From positions 1 to 15,630 of the forward strand of contig DATHUW010000049.1 of assembly GCA_035461825.1 (NCBI GenBank): a DNA stretch of 15,630 nucleotides. Reading direction: 5' to 3'. Shown here in pieces: positions 15,514 through 15,630 of the stretch (position 1 is the first letter of the stretch; each line of letters opens with the position of its first letter). This DNA is from Gemmatimonadaceae bacterium. Its GTDB lineage: Bacteria > Gemmatimonadota > Gemmatimonadetes > Gemmatimonadales > Gemmatimonadaceae. The translations under genes and the position numbers were made by a program. The notes below the pieces were generated by a model. That model worked only from the letters and a program-made list of their open reading frames with translations. It was not told the origin of the DNA and did no database searches.

Positions 15514-15630
15514 GGCGTCCGCCTCGCGGCCGGATCACCGATGCGGCTGCCGGCGCCCCTCCTCTTGCGGCTTGGCCGGCGGAGTGTCGGCGCGCGCCTC
15601 GGCCGAAGCCTCGGCCGCGGCGCCGGCACC

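Noticed and set aside
14646-15629. − strand ORFs 14668..15003, 14690..15214, 15081..15629 and a possible partial − strand CDS entering from the right edge (stop at 15535-15537)
   Set aside because: The first three are antisense to the TonB gene and low-complexity. The right-edge fragment is only about 31 codons of Ala/Glu/Pro-rich sequence with no recognisable domain. It cannot be supported without the sequence beyond the window.
1-15630. Search for CRISPR arrays, IS elements/transposase, integrase, toxin-antitoxin or known defence-system genes
   Set aside because: No spaced direct-repeat arrays, no terminal inverted repeats flanking a transposase-like ORF, and no recognisable defence or mobile genes were found. 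GC content is uniform. The window looks like core chromosome.

Overview
This window is high-GC (~70%) bacterial chromosomal DNA with SD-like RBSs, read here as core-type gene content. A TonB gene and an NrfH/NrfA pair suggest a diderm organism, though phylum-level identification would need a search. No mobile element, integrase, CRISPR array or recognisable defence system is present, and there is no low-GC island.

Gene order, left to right:
- tRNA-Met(CAT) on the + strand.
- Phosphoenolpyruvate carboxylase (ppc, +).
- Two membrane-protein genes on the − strand.
- A cytochrome c nitrite reductase operon, nrfH-nrfA (+). The NrfA active-site heme motif is CXXCH rather than CXXCK.
- Two co-directional small genes downstream of nrfA: a hypothetical exported protein and a DUF421/YetF-like protein.
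- A K+ channel with tandem RCK domains (+).
- A 100-aa orphan gene with a strong SD (+).
- On the − strand, a site-2 protease (M50) with CBS domains, then an unusual DUF2231 membrane domain fused to a Rieske [2Fe-2S] domain.
- On the + strand, a classic nfeD(yqiJ-like)-flotillin operon and a TonB C-terminal-domain protein.

The most interesting non-coding signal is a conserved motif, ATTC-N2-3-TCATTGCG. It occurs four times on the + strand, always in 5' regions of + strand genes: twice upstream of ppc, once upstream of nrfH, and once at the 5' edge of nfeD. It is far more frequent than expected for this base composition, which points to a shared cis-regulatory element.

Other non-coding observations:
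- A G-tract-rich (G-quadruplex-prone) divergent intergenic region that starts with a C7 run abutting the Rieske-fusion start codon.
- Several terminator-like hairpins, two of which share the 10-mer ATCCCTTCAG.
- A perfect 16-bp hairpin after the flotillin gene.

Many long ORFs in the six-frame track are antisense or alternate-frame artefacts of the high GC content and the EA-rich flotillin coiled-coil. They were rejected.
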